From Candidatus Latescibacterota bacterium (lineage in GTDB: Bacteria; Latescibacterota; UBA2968; UBA8231): DNA of 64,000 bases. A program made the position numbers and the translations under genes. The stretch lies in contig CBDCSU010000006.1 of NCBI GenBank assembly GCA_965221775.1, forward strand, positions 2,464,001 through 2,528,000, given 5' to 3'. Every line of letters begins with the position of its first letter. Position 1 is the first letter of the stretch. The notes below the pieces were generated by a model. That model was given only the letters and a program-made list of their open reading frames with translations, was not told where the DNA came from and searched no databases. Shown here piece by piece: positions 63,500 to 64,000 of the stretch.

Positions 63500-64000
63500 A
63501 TGACCGAACATCACACCACCAGCGAAGAGGACGCCCAGGTCGAGGAGCGGGCCTTCCAGACCGAGGTTCAGCAGGTCCTGCAGATCCTCGTCCACTCCCT
63601 CTACACCGACAAGGACGTCTTCCTGAGGGAGCTGGTCTCCAACGCCTCCGACGCCCTCGACAAGATCCGCTTCCGCTCCCTCACCGATCAGGGCATCGTC
63701 GACCCCGACGCCGAGCTCGAGATCGACATCAGCGTCGACAAGAGCGCCAACAAGCTGACCATCCGCGACACCGGCATCGGCATGAGCCGGGACGAGGTGA
63801 ACCGCAACATCGGCACCATCGCCCACTCCGGGTCGCGGGAGTTCCTCGAGCGCGTGTCGGCCGAGCAGGACGAGGAGCAGCGGTTGAAGCTGATCGGCCA
63901 GTTCGGCGTCGGCTTCTACTCGGTCTTCATGATCGCCGAGCGCGTCGTCCTCACCACGCGGTCCGCCGATCCCGACGCCGAGGCGGTGGTCTGGGAGTCC
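63500..64000 (+). CDS. htpG: Chaperone HtpG (Hsp90), 5' part
   Basis: FQTEV...HSLY..KDVFLRELVSNASDALDK, DTGIGM, GTIAHSG, IGQFGVGFYS. Confidence 0.96.
   Translation, partial: MTEHHTTSEEDAQVEERAFQTEVQQVLQILVHSLYTDKDVFLRELVSNASDALDKIRFRSLTDQGIVDPDAELEIDISVDKSANKLTIRDTGIGMSRDEVNRNIGTIAHSGSREFLERVSAEQDEEQRLKLIGQFGVGFYSVFMIAERVVLTTRSADPDAEAVVWES

Overview
High-GC bacterial chromosomal window with about 60 tightly packed CDS. TonB-dependent receptors indicate a diderm. A T9SS/FlgD-type C-terminal tail at the left edge and many Gfo/Idh/MocA, aldo-keto reductase, PhyH and amidohydrolase genes suggest an FCB-group heterotroph such as Latescibacterota (inference only). Content: sugar, sugar-acid and D-amino-acid catabolism, envelope glycosylation (rfbD, GT2s, a GT-C-like protein), a nuclease-fused Rad3/DinG helicase, a TPP riboswitch-TonB receptor-thiN operon, ddl and the start of htpG. 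No rRNA, tRNA, CRISPR array, transposase or integrase was seen. Most notable features: (1) a highly structured ~200-nt non-coding locus at ~10.06-10.26 kb with duplicated stem-loops, framed by two convergent sigma70-like promoters; (2) an LLM monooxygenase gene bracketed by an exact 32-bp direct repeat that duplicates the 5' end of the downstream gene; (3) two apparently disarmed TA modules (orphan VapB; HepT lacking its RxxxxHxY motif) plus other deletion pseudogenes; (4) a probable ATC start codon; (5) a lower-GC island at ~24-31.3 kb. All calls are from motif recognition by eye; no database searches were run.
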